Source of the DNA: Reichenbachiella faecimaris | Lineage (GTDB): Bacteria > Bacteroidota > Bacteroidia > Cytophagales > Cyclobacteriaceae | DNA: 64,000 nucleotides | Direction: 5' to 3' | NCBI RefSeq assembly: GCF_900176375.1 | Contig: NZ_FWYF01000001.1 | Span: forward strand, 1,062,449 to 1,126,448 | Shown: piece after piece, positions 39,828 through 50,125 of the stretch | How the letters are laid out: every line of letters starts with the position of its first letter | Numbering within the stretch: the stretch's first letter is position 1 | Notes under the pieces: model-generated | What the model was told of the DNA's origin: nothing | What the model saw: the letters and a program-made list of their open reading frames with translations, nothing else | Databases searched by the model: none | Made by a program: the position numbers and the translations under genes

Positions 39828-40023
39828 ATCACTAATTTTTCTCTATGAGGTTAGGCAAATAATACCTTTAAGGGTGCTGCTGTAATGAAGGTTAGACTGG
39901 AGATTCAATCATATAGCTGGAAGTGAGACAATAAGTAAACGTCTTGAAAAGATGATATCCACTGTCTGTTTTTAAGTTAACACATTATTTGATCAAATAC
40001 AATGTCTCCATGCTCACATGAAG

Positions 40024-40914
40024 CTATAGCGCTGGCTCTTTCTTTTTTTGGCGAATGGCTAGAACATTTCCAATCAAGATAAGAACTACACCTAGGGCTG
40101 CATACAAGGTCATTTGATAGCTTTCAAAAATTGACGAAATACCAATGGCGATCACAGGAATGATGACCAACGCATAGGCGGCTTTATCTGCACCCACTCG
40201 ACTGATCAGAGTAAGATAGGTGCCGAACGCTATAATAGATCCGAAAACTGTCAAGTATAACAAGGAGATGATATAAGAAGTTGATGGATCAAAACTAAAT
40301 GGTCTATCCAATATCAGAGCTAAAAGTCCCATCCAAATACCTCCATACAACATGCCGTAGGCATTGGCTTGAATGACAGGAATATTATTAGCTGAATTTC
40401 TTGCAGACGTGATATTTCCAAGTGAAGCTATGACAACTGAAAGAACAGTAATAGTGGTACCAACAATAGTCTCCTGTGAAAAGGTCAATCCCAAAAATTC
40501 ATTACTGAAAATGAGAATGGTACCTGACAAACCAAATAAGGCAGCCATCAGTATGCTTTTATTTATTGGACGCTTTAAGAATATGGCACCAAAACCAGAA
40601 TTCAAAAATACTAGGGTTGAATAAGCCACAGCAATTAGTCCACTAGCCAGATAGACTTCTGCTTCATAAACCAACCAATAGTTAACTCCAAACAGCAGAA
40701 AGCCCTGCAAGGCCATAAACCCATGATCTCTAAAAGAAAAGCTCATTTTCTTTTTAGTCAAAAAACAAAAGGAAAGCATAAGCGTACCTGCTAGCAAATA
40801 GCGATAAACCACAGACACTAAAGGATCCACAATGCCCAATTGAAATTTGATAGTAAACCAGGTAGATCCCCAGATCAGCGCTGGAATGATAAATAGCCAA
40901 AGATTCTTATTCAT
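40024..40914 (-). CDS. EamA/DMT family transporter
   Basis: It has 10 TM helices in two EamA repeats. The track ORF starts with TTG at 40920. The likely ATG is at 40914. Confidence 0.7.
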   Translation of the reverse strand: MNKNLWLFIIPALIWGSTWFTIKFQLGIVDPLVSVVYRYLLAGTLMLSFCFLTKKKMSFSFRDHGFMALQGFLLFGVNYWLVYEAEVYLASGLIAVAYSTLVFLNSGFGAIFLKRPINKSILMAALFGLSGTILIFSNEFLGLTFSQETIVGTTITVLSVVIASLGNITSARNSANNIPVIQANAYGMLYGGIWMGLLALILDRPFSFDPSTSYIISLLYLTVFGSIIAFGTYLTLISRVGADKAAYALVIIPVIAIGISSIFESYQMTLYAALGVVLILIGNVLAIRQKKKEPAL

Positions 40915-41020
40915 GATCAATGTTCTGCAATTAGCGTAAGCTAAACAAAACTACTTGATGAATAATGCTAATCTCAGTGATGAGAAAATGTGATAGATTT
41001 GATTCGTTAGGAAATTAGGT

Positions 41021-43054
41021 TTGTACCTCTCTATGTCTTCGCCTATATTTAAACGGCTTAACCCAATACCAGCTGAGAAAATGAATCTCCAAGAGCAAAT
41101 ACTTGATGGATATGATACACTGATAGTCATAGCATTAGACACATCATACAAAATTCTCACTATCAATAAAAGTGGTGTCAAGTTGCTCAAACAGATGTAT
41201 GGACAGGAGGCAAAAAAAGGTGATTGCATATTGGATTTGTTTAAAGCACCATCTTCTAAATCCCTCGCAAAATCGCATTTTGATCGTGCACTAGCCGGAG
41301 AAAGTTTCACAGTCACTCGTCCATTTGAATCTGGTAAAATCATCAGATATTACGACATCATGTATGCGCCACTTTTGAAGAACGAAGAGATTTATGGTTT
41401 CTCTGCATTGGTCGTGGACATAACTGAAAAAACCAAACACGAAGAAGAACGTGTAGAGGCCAATGAAATGTACAGACGCCTATTCGTCACTTCAAAAGAT
41501 GCGATAATGACTTTGGAGCCTCCTTCTTGGAAATTTACCACTGGCAATGAGCGCATTCTCGAAATGTTCAAGGTTCGGGATATGGCCGAATGGACTTCAA
41601 TGGGGCCCTGGCAAGTTTCCCCTGAAGTCCAACCAGATGGTGAACTCTCTTCAGAAAAAGCTAAACGCATGATCCAAACGGCTATGACAAATGGGTCCCA
41701 CTATTTCGAATGGACACACCAGCGCATGAACGGAGAAAGCTTCCCAGCTACTGTATTGTTGACTCGGGTGAATTTTAGTGAAAGACAGTTTTTACAAGCG
41801 ACTGTCAGAGACATCACCAAAGAAAAACAAGTGGAACATGCCTTGCATGCACAGGCAGACTTGCAAAAGCTTTTGATGAAAATTTCAACTCAATACATCA
41901 ATGCCCCTCTGGATCAAGTTGAATCCATTATCCAAAAATCACTCGAAGAGTTAGGTGATTTTGTTGATGCGGATCGAGCCTATATTTTTGACTATAATCC
42001 AGAAGAACAAACCATAGATAACACCTTCGAGTGGTGTTCAGAAGAAGTCACACCTTTTATAGACAAACTTCAAGGATTACCACTTCATACAATCCCTGAG
42101 CTAACTTATCCAGACAGCAGACACGTCTATATCCCAGACACCTCACTCATGCCAGAAGGTCCCTCTAAGGATATCACGATAGAACAAGAGATAAAGAGCA
42201 TTTTAACTGTGCCCTTGATACAAGATGGCAAGTATGTGGGGCTCGTAGGGTTCGATTCTGTGAAGAATCATCATACCTACACAGAAAAAGAAATAGCCTT
42301 GCTGAGGATATTCTCAAATATGCTGGTGAATATTAAAATAAGAAGTGAAAAAGAAACAGAATTGGCCAAGTTGCTCTCCAGGACAAAAGACCAAAACAAA
42401 CGCTTGAAAGAATTTTCATATATCACTTCTCACAATATGAGAGCCTCAGTGGCTAATATGATCGGCCTTTCGCAGATGATTCAAGTAGTTCCAGACAATG
42501 AAGACTATCTAGACATGCTGAAGACAACCACACAAAAGCTGGACAACTCGATTACCAATATCAACCAATTGATCAACTTCGAAAATGGAAATGATGTACT
42601 TGAAAAAGTAGATTGCAACTTGTCTGAAGCTGTACAAAGGGTGCTAAAACTTACAAATCAAATCATCAAAAAGAAAGAAGTAGATCTGCATGTCAATATT
42701 GACGATTTTCATGTGATCAAAGCGTTTCCTGCTTATCTAGATAGCATTTTTCACAACCTGATCACTAATGCACTGAAATACGGGATAACAGATCAATCAA
42801 AAAAACTGGACATCTACGCTAGTCAAGAAAGTGCAGGCACTACCGTTTTTATCAAGGATCAAGGGCTCGGAATAGATCTGAATAAGTATCATGAAAAGAT
42901 GTTTAAGTTAGGCACACGTCTACACGACACATCAGACGGTCAGGGTCTGGGTCTATTCATGACCAAAAGACATCTTGAAGCCATGGGTGGACAAATAGAG
43001 GTCGAAAGTAAGGTGAATCAAGGAACGACTTTCAAGCTGCATTTTCAAAATTGA
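41021..43054 (+). CDS. Multi-PAS/GAF sensor histidine kinase
   Basis: It has PAS-like repeats, a GAF-like region, an H-box YITSHNMRASVANMIG and a HATPase_c domain (NLITNALKYG...DQGLGI...GQGLGL). Confidence 0.75.
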   Translation: MYLSMSSPIFKRLNPIPAEKMNLQEQILDGYDTLIVIALDTSYKILTINKSGVKLLKQMYGQEAKKGDCILDLFKAPSSKSLAKSHFDRALAGESFTVTRPFESGKIIRYYDIMYAPLLKNEEIYGFSALVVDITEKTKHEEERVEANEMYRRLFVTSKDAIMTLEPPSWKFTTGNERILEMFKVRDMAEWTSMGPWQVSPEVQPDGELSSEKAKRMIQTAMTNGSHYFEWTHQRMNGESFPATVLLTRVNFSERQFLQATVRDITKEKQVEHALHAQADLQKLLMKISTQYINAPLDQVESIIQKSLEELGDFVDADRAYIFDYNPEEQTIDNTFEWCSEEVTPFIDKLQGLPLHTIPELTYPDSRHVYIPDTSLMPEGPSKDITIEQEIKSILTVPLIQDGKYVGLVGFDSVKNHHTYTEKEIALLRIFSNMLVNIKIRSEKETELAKLLSRTKDQNKRLKEFSYITSHNMRASVANMIGLSQMIQVVPDNEDYLDMLKTTTQKLDNSITNINQLINFENGNDVLEKVDCNLSEAVQRVLKLTNQIIKKKEVDLHVNIDDFHVIKAFPAYLDSIFHNLITNALKYGITDQSKKLDIYASQESAGTTVFIKDQGLGIDLNKYHEKMFKLGTRLHDTSDGQGLGLFMTKRHLEAMGGQIEVESKVNQGTTFKLHFQN

Positions 43055-43057
43055 TCT

Positions 43058-43408
43058 ATGCATCCAGATTTATCTTCATTTTATTTAGAAAAGTCCGAAC
43101 CCGTTAAAAGTTGCCTTTTGGCTCTCAGAACAATCGTACTGAAATTCGACGTGGAAATTAAAGAGACCAAGAAGTATGGCATGCCCTGCTACCTCTACAA
43201 AAACAAAGCCTTTTGTTATATCTGGACTGACAAGAAATCTGGACACCCCTACTTGTTGATAGTAGAAGGTCGACAAATTGATCACCCCGCACTACAACAA
43301 GGCGACAGAAGCAAAATGAAAATATTGCCTGTTGATCCAAATGCTGACTTGGAGATTGAAATCATTCAAGAAGTGCTCTTACTGGCAGTAGCATTGTATA
43401 CAGGCTAA
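43058..43408 (+). CDS. DUF1801 (YdhG-like) domain protein
   Basis: It is 116 aa with a YdhG-like motif region. It lies immediately downstream of the kinase. Confidence 0.4.
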   Translation: MHPDLSSFYLEKSEPVKSCLLALRTIVLKFDVEIKETKKYGMPCYLYKNKAFCYIWTDKKSGHPYLLIVEGRQIDHPALQQGDRSKMKILPVDPNADLEIEIIQEVLLLAVALYTG

Positions 43409-43563
43409 GTATCATTTTTCACAAAAGCTGTACACCTCCATTACAAACTGTACATAATCGTACACCACTAAACAATAAAATTAACGTCACACAGCCTTAA
43501 TAGCTAATTTGTAGTTTTAGCACAATAATTGCAACTCTTCTTAAAATCAAAAAAAAGACTCAA

Positions 43564-44814
43564 ATGACTCAATGGATTTCAACCCTCACAGTAACCTTAT
43601 TTTTATCTACAGTTGCATGGGCACAGCAACATCAGCCCACATTAGAAGATTGCAAACTCATGTTTCAGGATTATTACTATCTGAAAGACTGGAAAAAGGC
43701 TGAAACCAATTTAGAATTTATCATCAAAAACAGCCCCGAAGAAGAGGAGAAATATTACATCAAAGGGGTGAAGGTTTATGAATATCTGATGAAGGAAACT
43801 GATGACAAGGAAGCTATCAGAGCCTATCAGCAGAAAGCACTTGGTTTATATGCGAAGCGACTGTCAATTTTCGGCAATGACGATCAGGTACAAAATCAAT
43901 ACCTCTCTTCTATTTACCGTTATTGGATCAGTCAACCCGCCAAATACGACAGCTTAGCTTCTCTATTTCAAGCTCGCTTTGATGAGAAGATTACAGGTGT
44001 CTCCCAATCCAACATGCTCGCCTACTTTGATGTGATGCGTCGGGCAAAAAAGTATAAACAAGCATTCGACGAATCATTGGTCCTTTCGAATTACGATAAT
44101 ATTTCCAGGGAAATAAATGCCCAAGGTGATGAAAAAGGCTATATGGAAAAAATAGACCAAATGCTGCTGGAAGCTATAGATTTGGATTGCACCAAAGTGG
44201 AAGAAATATATGGCAAAGATGTAAGCGGTCTGGACAATGCCAAACGCTACTTGAATATGGTCTTCAAGATGGACTGTGAAGTAAACAGCAAAGCGCAGCA
44301 AGCATTGTCCGTCGTTTTGGAAAAAGATCCTGAATACAAATTAGCCATATACGCTGCCAAAAAGTCCATCATTGACAAGCGGTTAGGTGATGCCAAAAAG
44401 TATTTGGGCATTGCGCTTCAGCAAGCCAAAAACCCTACTGAAGAAGGAGATGTTTATTTGGAATTGGCTAAGACCATGACACTAGATCAAAAGAAACAGG
44501 AAGCTCATAAATATGCCAAACAGTCCATTGCTAAATCGAACAACAGGGAGGCTTACAAGCTGATTGGCAATCTCTACATGTCCAGCTTTAATGAGTGCGT
44601 AGGCGAAAAAGATATTGTGGCTCGCCGGGCCGTATTTATTGCGGCTTATGACAAATTCAAAATGGCTAGTGATGAAAAAAATATGGCTCTGGCTGAAGCC
44701 CAGTTTCCTACTATGGAAGAAATTCATTTCAATAGCTATGAAGTGGGGCAATCCGTGATTGTGGATTGCTGGTTTAAAGAAGAAGTGGCGATTGCGAGAC
44801 GGCCAGCAGAATAA
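43564..44814 (+). CDS. Secreted TPR-like helical protein of unknown function
   Basis: It has a signal peptide followed by an all-helical repeat architecture. Confidence 0.45.
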   Translation: MTQWISTLTVTLFLSTVAWAQQHQPTLEDCKLMFQDYYYLKDWKKAETNLEFIIKNSPEEEEKYYIKGVKVYEYLMKETDDKEAIRAYQQKALGLYAKRLSIFGNDDQVQNQYLSSIYRYWISQPAKYDSLASLFQARFDEKITGVSQSNMLAYFDVMRRAKKYKQAFDESLVLSNYDNISREINAQGDEKGYMEKIDQMLLEAIDLDCTKVEEIYGKDVSGLDNAKRYLNMVFKMDCEVNSKAQQALSVVLEKDPEYKLAIYAAKKSIIDKRLGDAKKYLGIALQQAKNPTEEGDVYLELAKTMTLDQKKQEAHKYAKQSIAKSNNREAYKLIGNLYMSSFNECVGEKDIVARRAVFIAAYDKFKMASDEKNMALAEAQFPTMEEIHFNSYEVGQSVIVDCWFKEEVAIARRPAE

Positions 44815-44875
44815 AACAAAAAAATCCCGACGGCTGCGCCGTTGGGATTCAAAACCAACTCAAACTACTTGATGC

Positions 44876-45625
44876 TTAGCCAATATACTTGGCAAACTCT
44901 TTTTCTATTGTTTTTGGGCTTGTGCCATAGCCAGCGCCCAATTGCTCAGACATTACATCTGGATAGATGTCTTCCAGTCCAGCAATCAATCCATCTACCA
45001 CTGCCTTAGCCACATTCTCTGGTGTATCCTTGCCCATTTCCATATCCTTAGTCATATCCGTATCAATTGCTCCAGGATAGACACCTGATACCAGAACATT
45101 GGTTTCAGCTAATTCTGCTCGGTAACCCTGCGTAATACTATGAACAGCCGCTTTAGTAACGGAGTAAGTTCCAATCACTGGCATATTGGCTAGCCCGGCC
45201 AAAGATGATACATTAGCAATAGCTGCTACTTCTCTTTGCTTCAATTCATTAACGAATGCATTGGTTAAGCTGATTACACCTTGCACGTTCACTGATATCT
45301 GAAAAGCTAAATTTTCGCCAGCATCTTTTCCTAATATGCTATCGAATTTTAGCACACCAGCATTATTGATCAAAATATCCACGTCACTAGCAGTTTTCAC
45401 AGCTTCTGCCACTGAGTCTTTATCCGTGACATCTAATTTTAATGGCACCAAACGGTCTCCATACTTTTCTTTCAGCACCACCAAGGTTTCCGGATTTCTA
45501 GCACCTGCATACACTTTGCTCGCTCCTCTTTCGAGTAATTCTACCACGATTGCTTTGCCAATCCCTCTATTACCTCCACTTACCAATGCTACTTTTCCTT
45601 CAGGGTTAATTTTTACTTCTGACAT
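44876..45625 (-). CDS. SDR family NAD(P)-dependent oxidoreductase
   Basis: It has the VSGGNRGIGKA glycine motif, NNAG, and the YxxxK catalytic motif (YSVTKAA). Confidence 0.8.
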   Translation of the reverse strand: MSEVKINPEGKVALVSGGNRGIGKAIVVELLERGASKVYAGARNPETLVVLKEKYGDRLVPLKLDVTDKDSVAEAVKTASDVDILINNAGVLKFDSILGKDAGENLAFQISVNVQGVISLTNAFVNELKQREVAAIANVSSLAGLANMPVIGTYSVTKAAVHSITQGYRAELAETNVLVSGVYPGAIDTDMTKDMEMGKDTPENVAKAVVDGLIAGLEDIYPDVMSEQLGAGYGTSPKTIEKEFAKYIG

Positions 45626-45739
45626 TTGATTATTGTTTTAGTTTTTTTAAAAGTTGAAGTGTAGAAAACGGAAGCAAAAAAAAAGTAGCTATAAATATTT
45701 ATCGTAAATTTGAATCTGTGATATTAAAATATTTATAGC

Positions 45740-46645
45740 ATGATTAATCTGGAATGGCTTAGAACTTTTCGTGCCGTCTATAAAACTAAGTCCCTGAGTC
45801 AGGCAGCAGAAATGCTCAGCGTAAGTCAACCAACTGTAAGCCAGCAGATTTCGGCCTTGGAATCCAGAATGGGCAAAAAACTCTTTGAACGCAAGTCTAA
45901 AGGAGTGATAGAAACTGATGTAGGACGCATGCTCAACACCATGATATCAGGGTCAATTGAAGCACTTGAGGGCGTTGAGCACAACATCATCAAATCCGAC
46001 GCTAGCCTTAAAAATATTTTAACCATTGGAGTATCCCCTCATTTGTACAAAACTGCCTTTTGCCAAAGAATATTAGAGTTGGGCGAATATGTCCATCTTA
46101 CTTTTGGCACCAGGCAACAGCTCATTCGTGACGTAGAAGAAGGCAATTTGCTCTATGCTATTGTACCAGAGGAGCAAAATACATTCGATACCTATTGTCA
46201 TCACCTAACAGCTCAAAATGTGGTACTGGTAGGCACGCCAGAAATTGATTTTAGTGAATTAGAAAAATTATACAAAAAGAGTCATCAAATGGCTCAGGAT
46301 TGGCTGGCACAGTATAAATGGTATGCACATGATCACAATTCGAGTTTTATCAAAGTCTATTGGCTCAATGTATTTGACAAGAAAAGACCTGCTATCGTCC
46401 CCAACTATGTCATCCCCAACGAATTCGAAACCTTGTTTCAGCAAACCAGAGGTTCTGGCCTATCTATTGCATTTGATACTGTAGTAGAACATTTTGTAAA
46501 TGAAGGAACGTTACAAACATGCCAGCTGAAAAAAATACCCTACAGGGAGCTGTATCTCATTGCCAACAAGAAAAAAACCAAATCAAAAGTGACTGAGGAG
46601 GTATTAAAAATTTTGAAGAAAATTAATCAACATACGCCTGCTTAG
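45740..46645 (+). CDS. LysR family transcriptional regulator (divergent from the SDR gene)
   Basis: It has an N-terminal HTH (LEWLRTFRAVYKTKSLSQAAEMLSVSQPTVSQQISALE) and a LysR substrate-binding domain. Confidence 0.8.
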   Translation: MINLEWLRTFRAVYKTKSLSQAAEMLSVSQPTVSQQISALESRMGKKLFERKSKGVIETDVGRMLNTMISGSIEALEGVEHNIIKSDASLKNILTIGVSPHLYKTAFCQRILELGEYVHLTFGTRQQLIRDVEEGNLLYAIVPEEQNTFDTYCHHLTAQNVVLVGTPEIDFSELEKLYKKSHQMAQDWLAQYKWYAHDHNSSFIKVYWLNVFDKKRPAIVPNYVIPNEFETLFQQTRGSGLSIAFDTVVEHFVNEGTLQTCQLKKIPYRELYLIANKKKTKSKVTEEVLKILKKINQHTPA

Positions 46646-46755
46646 ACGCTTTCCCTTTACCCTTAGGTACAGTTAGATACAAGCACGGTTACTTTTATTG
46701 ATTGACTGTGCTGTCTTTTGGGGCATCTATCATTCTGCGTCATCTTCTTCCGCTA

Positions 46756-47319
46756 TTATAACACAAACTTCACATGAGGGATCATTGCTCTTTTCAGCAT
46801 CAACTTGAAAGTTTCGTCAGTTACCTCTAGCCAGTTGACCGTCATGGCCAACAACAGCTTCTCACCCATTTTGTAATTTGTGAACCCATAGTAGTTAGCC
46901 ACCTTTTTAAGCACCTCCTTATCTTTCACTCTTTTAGCTCTTGTCAATCTTTGAATATCAGCCAGCACCTTTTTTGCAGAACCCAAAATCAATAGTTTGC
47001 CCGTAGAGGAAGAGACAACATACACACCTGACAAATCATTAAGCCGTCCAGTTTTTTCCATTACAGTTTTAGTACCATTACCTCTTTTTTGAAAGAGGCT
47101 CAGCTCAAAACCTCTCAAGAGTTTCCTTTTGAATAATTCCATCTTAGAAATTATCTTCTTCGAACGATTGAGCTGCTTCGTAGAATAGGTCGGGGCCACT
47201 AGATCTAGTTTGTTTATTATTGAATGTTTCATGACGTAAGGGTTTGGCTCATGGGTTGCCAAATTCATTCCAAAACGGAAAGCATGTGCAACATGTGCAT
47301 AAGAGCATCTTGAATCCAC
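46756..47319 (-). CDS. Hypothetical protein with GIY-YIG-like nuclease motif
   Basis: SGVYVVSSSTGKLLILGSAKKVLADIQRLTR resembles GIY...YIG...R. The true start is likely internal (MKHSII or MELFKRK). Confidence 0.35.
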   Translation of the reverse strand: MDSRCSYAHVAHAFRFGMNLATHEPNPYVMKHSIINKLDLVAPTYSTKQLNRSKKIISKMELFKRKLLRGFELSLFQKRGNGTKTVMEKTGRLNDLSGVYVVSSSTGKLLILGSAKKVLADIQRLTRAKRVKDKEVLKKVANYYGFTNYKMGEKLLLAMTVNWLEVTDETFKLMLKRAMIPHVKFVL

Positions 47320-47460
47320 ACACCCGACTTAAAATGAGAAATAAATTCCCCAAACGGGAAATTAAATTAAGGCGGATTTCTCAGTGTTGCAGGATTTTGC
47401 ACCTCTATTTTCAGCGTTGAAAGAAAATCAGCTAACTTCGCGGATTAAACAGCAGGTAAG

Positions 47461-47817
47461 ATGGTTATTTACAAAAAGTTCGCATTTGATTCAGCTCATT
47501 TTCTTCCGAATGTACCGGAAGGGCATAAGTGCAAAAATATGCATGGTCACACCTACAATCTTACGGTTTATCTAGAAGGTGATTTGGATACCGAACTCCA
47601 ATGGGTGATGGATTTCAAAGAACTAAAGGACGTAGTAAAACCAGTAATCGAACGCATCGACCATCAGTTACTGAATAGTATCAAGGGATTGGAGAATCCT
47701 ACGGCCGAACGCATAGTTGTTTGGATTTGGGAACAAATACAACCTAAACTCCCTCTTTTGAGTAAGTTAGAGTTGAATGAAACTCCTACCTCAGGAGCCA
47801 TCTACGAAGGAAAATAA
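47461..47817 (+). CDS. queD: 6-carboxy-5,6,7,8-tetrahydropterin synthase
   Basis: The protein is 118 aa. FAFDSAHFLPNVPEGHKCKNMHGHTY has the Cx5HxH-type zinc and catalytic motif of the QueD/PTPS family. Confidence 0.8.
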   Translation: MVIYKKFAFDSAHFLPNVPEGHKCKNMHGHTYNLTVYLEGDLDTELQWVMDFKELKDVVKPVIERIDHQLLNSIKGLENPTAERIVVWIWEQIQPKLPLLSKLELNETPTSGAIYEGK

Positions 47818-47825
47818 AGACGACA

Positions 47826-49067
47826 ATGGAAGCAAAAAGACACGATATCGAAATTATGGCACCAGCAGGCTCTTACGAAAGCTTGCATGCAGCCATCAAG
47901 GGTGGAGCCAACTCCATCTACTTTGGAGTAGAGCAACTCAACATGCGTGCTCGGTCTTCAAACAATTTTACACTCGAAGACCTTAGAAAAATAGCTGACA
48001 TCTGTTCGGAAAACAATATGAAGTCATACATCACACTCAACACCGTGATGTACGATCATGACATGAGTCTCATGCGTTCGATTGTAGATGCAGCCAAAGA
48101 GAGTGGTATATCAGCTATCATTGCCGCTGACCATTCAGTTATGAACTATGCCAAGAAAATTGGTTTTCCTGTTCACATCTCTACTCAAGCCAATATCAGC
48201 AACATCGAAACCGTAGAATTCTACGCCATGTATGCGGACGTGATGGTGATGGCTCGTGAGCTGAGCTTGATGCAAGTGGCAGACATTACTAGGGAAATTA
48301 AGAAAAGAAACATCACTGGTCCAGCTGGTGAATTAGTGAGAATTGAGGTTTTTGCTCATGGCGCACTATGCATGGCAGTTTCTGGCAAATGCTATTTGAG
48401 CCTTCACTCTGATATGGCTTCTGCCAACAGGGGAGCTTGTGTACAAAATTGCAGAAGAGAATACACCGTCAAAGATGAGCAAGGCAACGAACTCAAAATT
48501 GACAACGAATATATCATGAGTGCTGCTGACTTGTGTACCATAGACTTTATGGACAAAGTAGTAGACGCAGGTGTGTCTGTATTTAAGATTGAAGGACGAG
48601 GACGGGCCGCTGACTACGTTTACACCACCACCAAGTGCTATAGAGATGCAGGAGATGCTATCAACGAAGGCACATATACTCAAGATAAGTTTGATCACTG
48701 GAAAACTGAGCTAGAAAGAGTCTATAACCGTGGCTTCTGGGATGGATACTATCTGGGCAGAAAAATGGGTGAATGGAGTGAAGTCCATGGATCTAAAGCC
48801 ACCACTAAAAAAATCTTTCTTGGGAAAGGCGTGAAATACTTCAACAAGTTGGGTGTTGGCGAGTTCCTTATGGAAACCCACGCACTGGAAAAAGGCGATG
48901 AAATTATGATCACTGGCCCTACTACTGGTATTGTAAAAGCCAAGATTGAAGAAATGAGAGTCGCTGATCAATCTGTAGACCAAGTGAAAAAGGGAGACAG
49001 TTTCTCTATCAAAATAGATGAAATGATTCGCCCCTCGGACAAACTTTACAAAGTAGTACCGGCCTGA
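47826..49067 (+). CDS. Peptidase U32 family protein (RlhA/TrhP-type O2-independent hydroxylase candidate)
   Basis: DIEIMAPAGSYESLHAAIKGGANSIYFG matches the U32 N-terminus. A conserved Cys cluster (CMAVSGKCYLS...CVQNC) and a C-terminal beta-barrel domain are also present. Confidence 0.8.
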   Translation: MEAKRHDIEIMAPAGSYESLHAAIKGGANSIYFGVEQLNMRARSSNNFTLEDLRKIADICSENNMKSYITLNTVMYDHDMSLMRSIVDAAKESGISAIIAADHSVMNYAKKIGFPVHISTQANISNIETVEFYAMYADVMVMARELSLMQVADITREIKKRNITGPAGELVRIEVFAHGALCMAVSGKCYLSLHSDMASANRGACVQNCRREYTVKDEQGNELKIDNEYIMSAADLCTIDFMDKVVDAGVSVFKIEGRGRAADYVYTTTKCYRDAGDAINEGTYTQDKFDHWKTELERVYNRGFWDGYYLGRKMGEWSEVHGSKATTKKIFLGKGVKYFNKLGVGEFLMETHALEKGDEIMITGPTTGIVKAKIEEMRVADQSVDQVKKGDSFSIKIDEMIRPSDKLYKVVPA

Positions 49068-49069
49068 TC

Positions 49070-49297
49070 ATGCACAAGATCACTCAATATCGTGATCGCT
49101 GCATTGGCTGCAACGCCTGTGTAGAAATAGCACCTGACCGCTGGAGAATTTCCAAAAAAGACGGCAGGTGTACTTTGGTTGGTGGCAAGGAGAAAAAAGG
49201 GATCTACCAGGTAGACATCCACGAACATGAACTAGAAGCAAATAAAAGAGCAGCTGTTAGTTGCCCTGTCAACATCATCAAGATAGACGGTAAGTAG
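49070..49297 (+). CDS. Small ferredoxin ([4Fe-4S]/[3Fe-4S], CxxCxxC...CP)
   Basis: The protein is 75 aa with CIGCNAC...SCP. It starts 3 bp after the U32 gene stop. Confidence 0.65.
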   Translation: MHKITQYRDRCIGCNACVEIAPDRWRISKKDGRCTLVGGKEKKGIYQVDIHEHELEANKRAAVSCPVNIIKIDGK

Positions 49298-49328
49298 TTC
49301 TTCAAATCACCTTCTAATCATCACAATT

Positions 49329-49406
49329 GCCTTTTCGCAGATAAATATCTGTCATGCTATTTTGAATTTTACGTAGTTTGCATATATTTGTACGTAGTAT
49401 TACGTA
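49329..49406 (+). promoter_or_regulatory. Candidate operator region upstream of the FNR-like regulator (TTTTCGCAGATAAATA box plus three TACGTA palindromes)
   Basis: The sequence is ccttttcgcagataaatatct...ttttacgtagtttgcatatatttgtacgtagtattacgta. Related boxes recur at 50827-50843, 50867-50885 and 50958-50979, upstream of the porin gene. Confidence 0.3.
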
Positions 49407-49417
49407 TTTTATCAATT

Positions 49418-50125
49418 ATGGAAGGAGCAATTTGTATCACTTGTAAGAATCAAGACTGTATCATTAAGAAGAATAGTCATGACAAAGATGTTGAGCAGTA
49501 CTTAAGCAAGAAACACACGATACAATGTAAAAAAGGCCAACAATTCATCTTAGAGGGGGCGCCAGTTCATGGCCTATACTTCGTAAATAAAGGAAAAGCG
49601 AAAGTAGCCAAAACAGGCTTCCAGGGTAGAGAGCAGATCGTAAGATTCGCTAAAGATGGAGAAATCATTGGTCATCGCGGATTTGGCATGGGCGAATCCT
49701 ATCAAATCAATGCAGTAGCACTGGAAGATACGATATTATGCAATTTTCCGAATGAATTGATGCAAGACATGCTACATCACGCACCTAATCTGACTTATGA
49801 TTTTATGCTGTTTTATGCAGATGAACTCAATAGAAGTGAAACCAAGGTCAAGAAATTTGCACAGATGACCGTGCGCGAAAAAGTAATAGACGCCATTCTC
49901 TATATCTACCGAAAATTTGGACAAAGCAATGATTTTCTAAACATCCAACTGTCCAGAAAAGAGATCGCTGATTTTGCTGGAACCACAGACGAGCAAGTCA
50001 TTCGCGTAATATCTGCTTTGAAAAAAGAGAACTTACTACGCGCATCAGGCAAGAAGATTGGCATCGTAGATATCGACTTACTCAAAAAAGAAATTTCTGA
50101 GCATAATTTCTTCTTAGACAGTTAA
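49418..50125 (+). CDS. Crp/Fnr family transcriptional regulator, FNR-like with N-terminal Cys cluster
   Basis: The N-terminus has Cx2Cx4C (ICITCKNQDC). It has a cNMP-binding-like beta-roll and a C-terminal HTH (SRKEIADFAGTTDEQVIRVISALKKENLL). The track start at 49388 is TTG. ATG at 49418 (MEGAIC) is preferred. Confidence 0.75.
   Translation: MEGAICITCKNQDCIIKKNSHDKDVEQYLSKKHTIQCKKGQQFILEGAPVHGLYFVNKGKAKVAKTGFQGREQIVRFAKDGEIIGHRGFGMGESYQINAVALEDTILCNFPNELMQDMLHHAPNLTYDFMLFYADELNRSETKVKKFAQMTVREKVIDAILYIYRKFGQSNDFLNIQLSRKEIADFAGTTDEQVIRVISALKKENLLRASGKKIGIVDIDLLKKEISEHNFFLDS

Noticed and set aside
47384-47575. 63-aa ORF overlapping the queD start. The upstream leader was also checked for a preQ1 riboswitch
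   Set aside because: The ORF is out of frame with the well-supported queD. The leader does not show the compact preQ1-I consensus.
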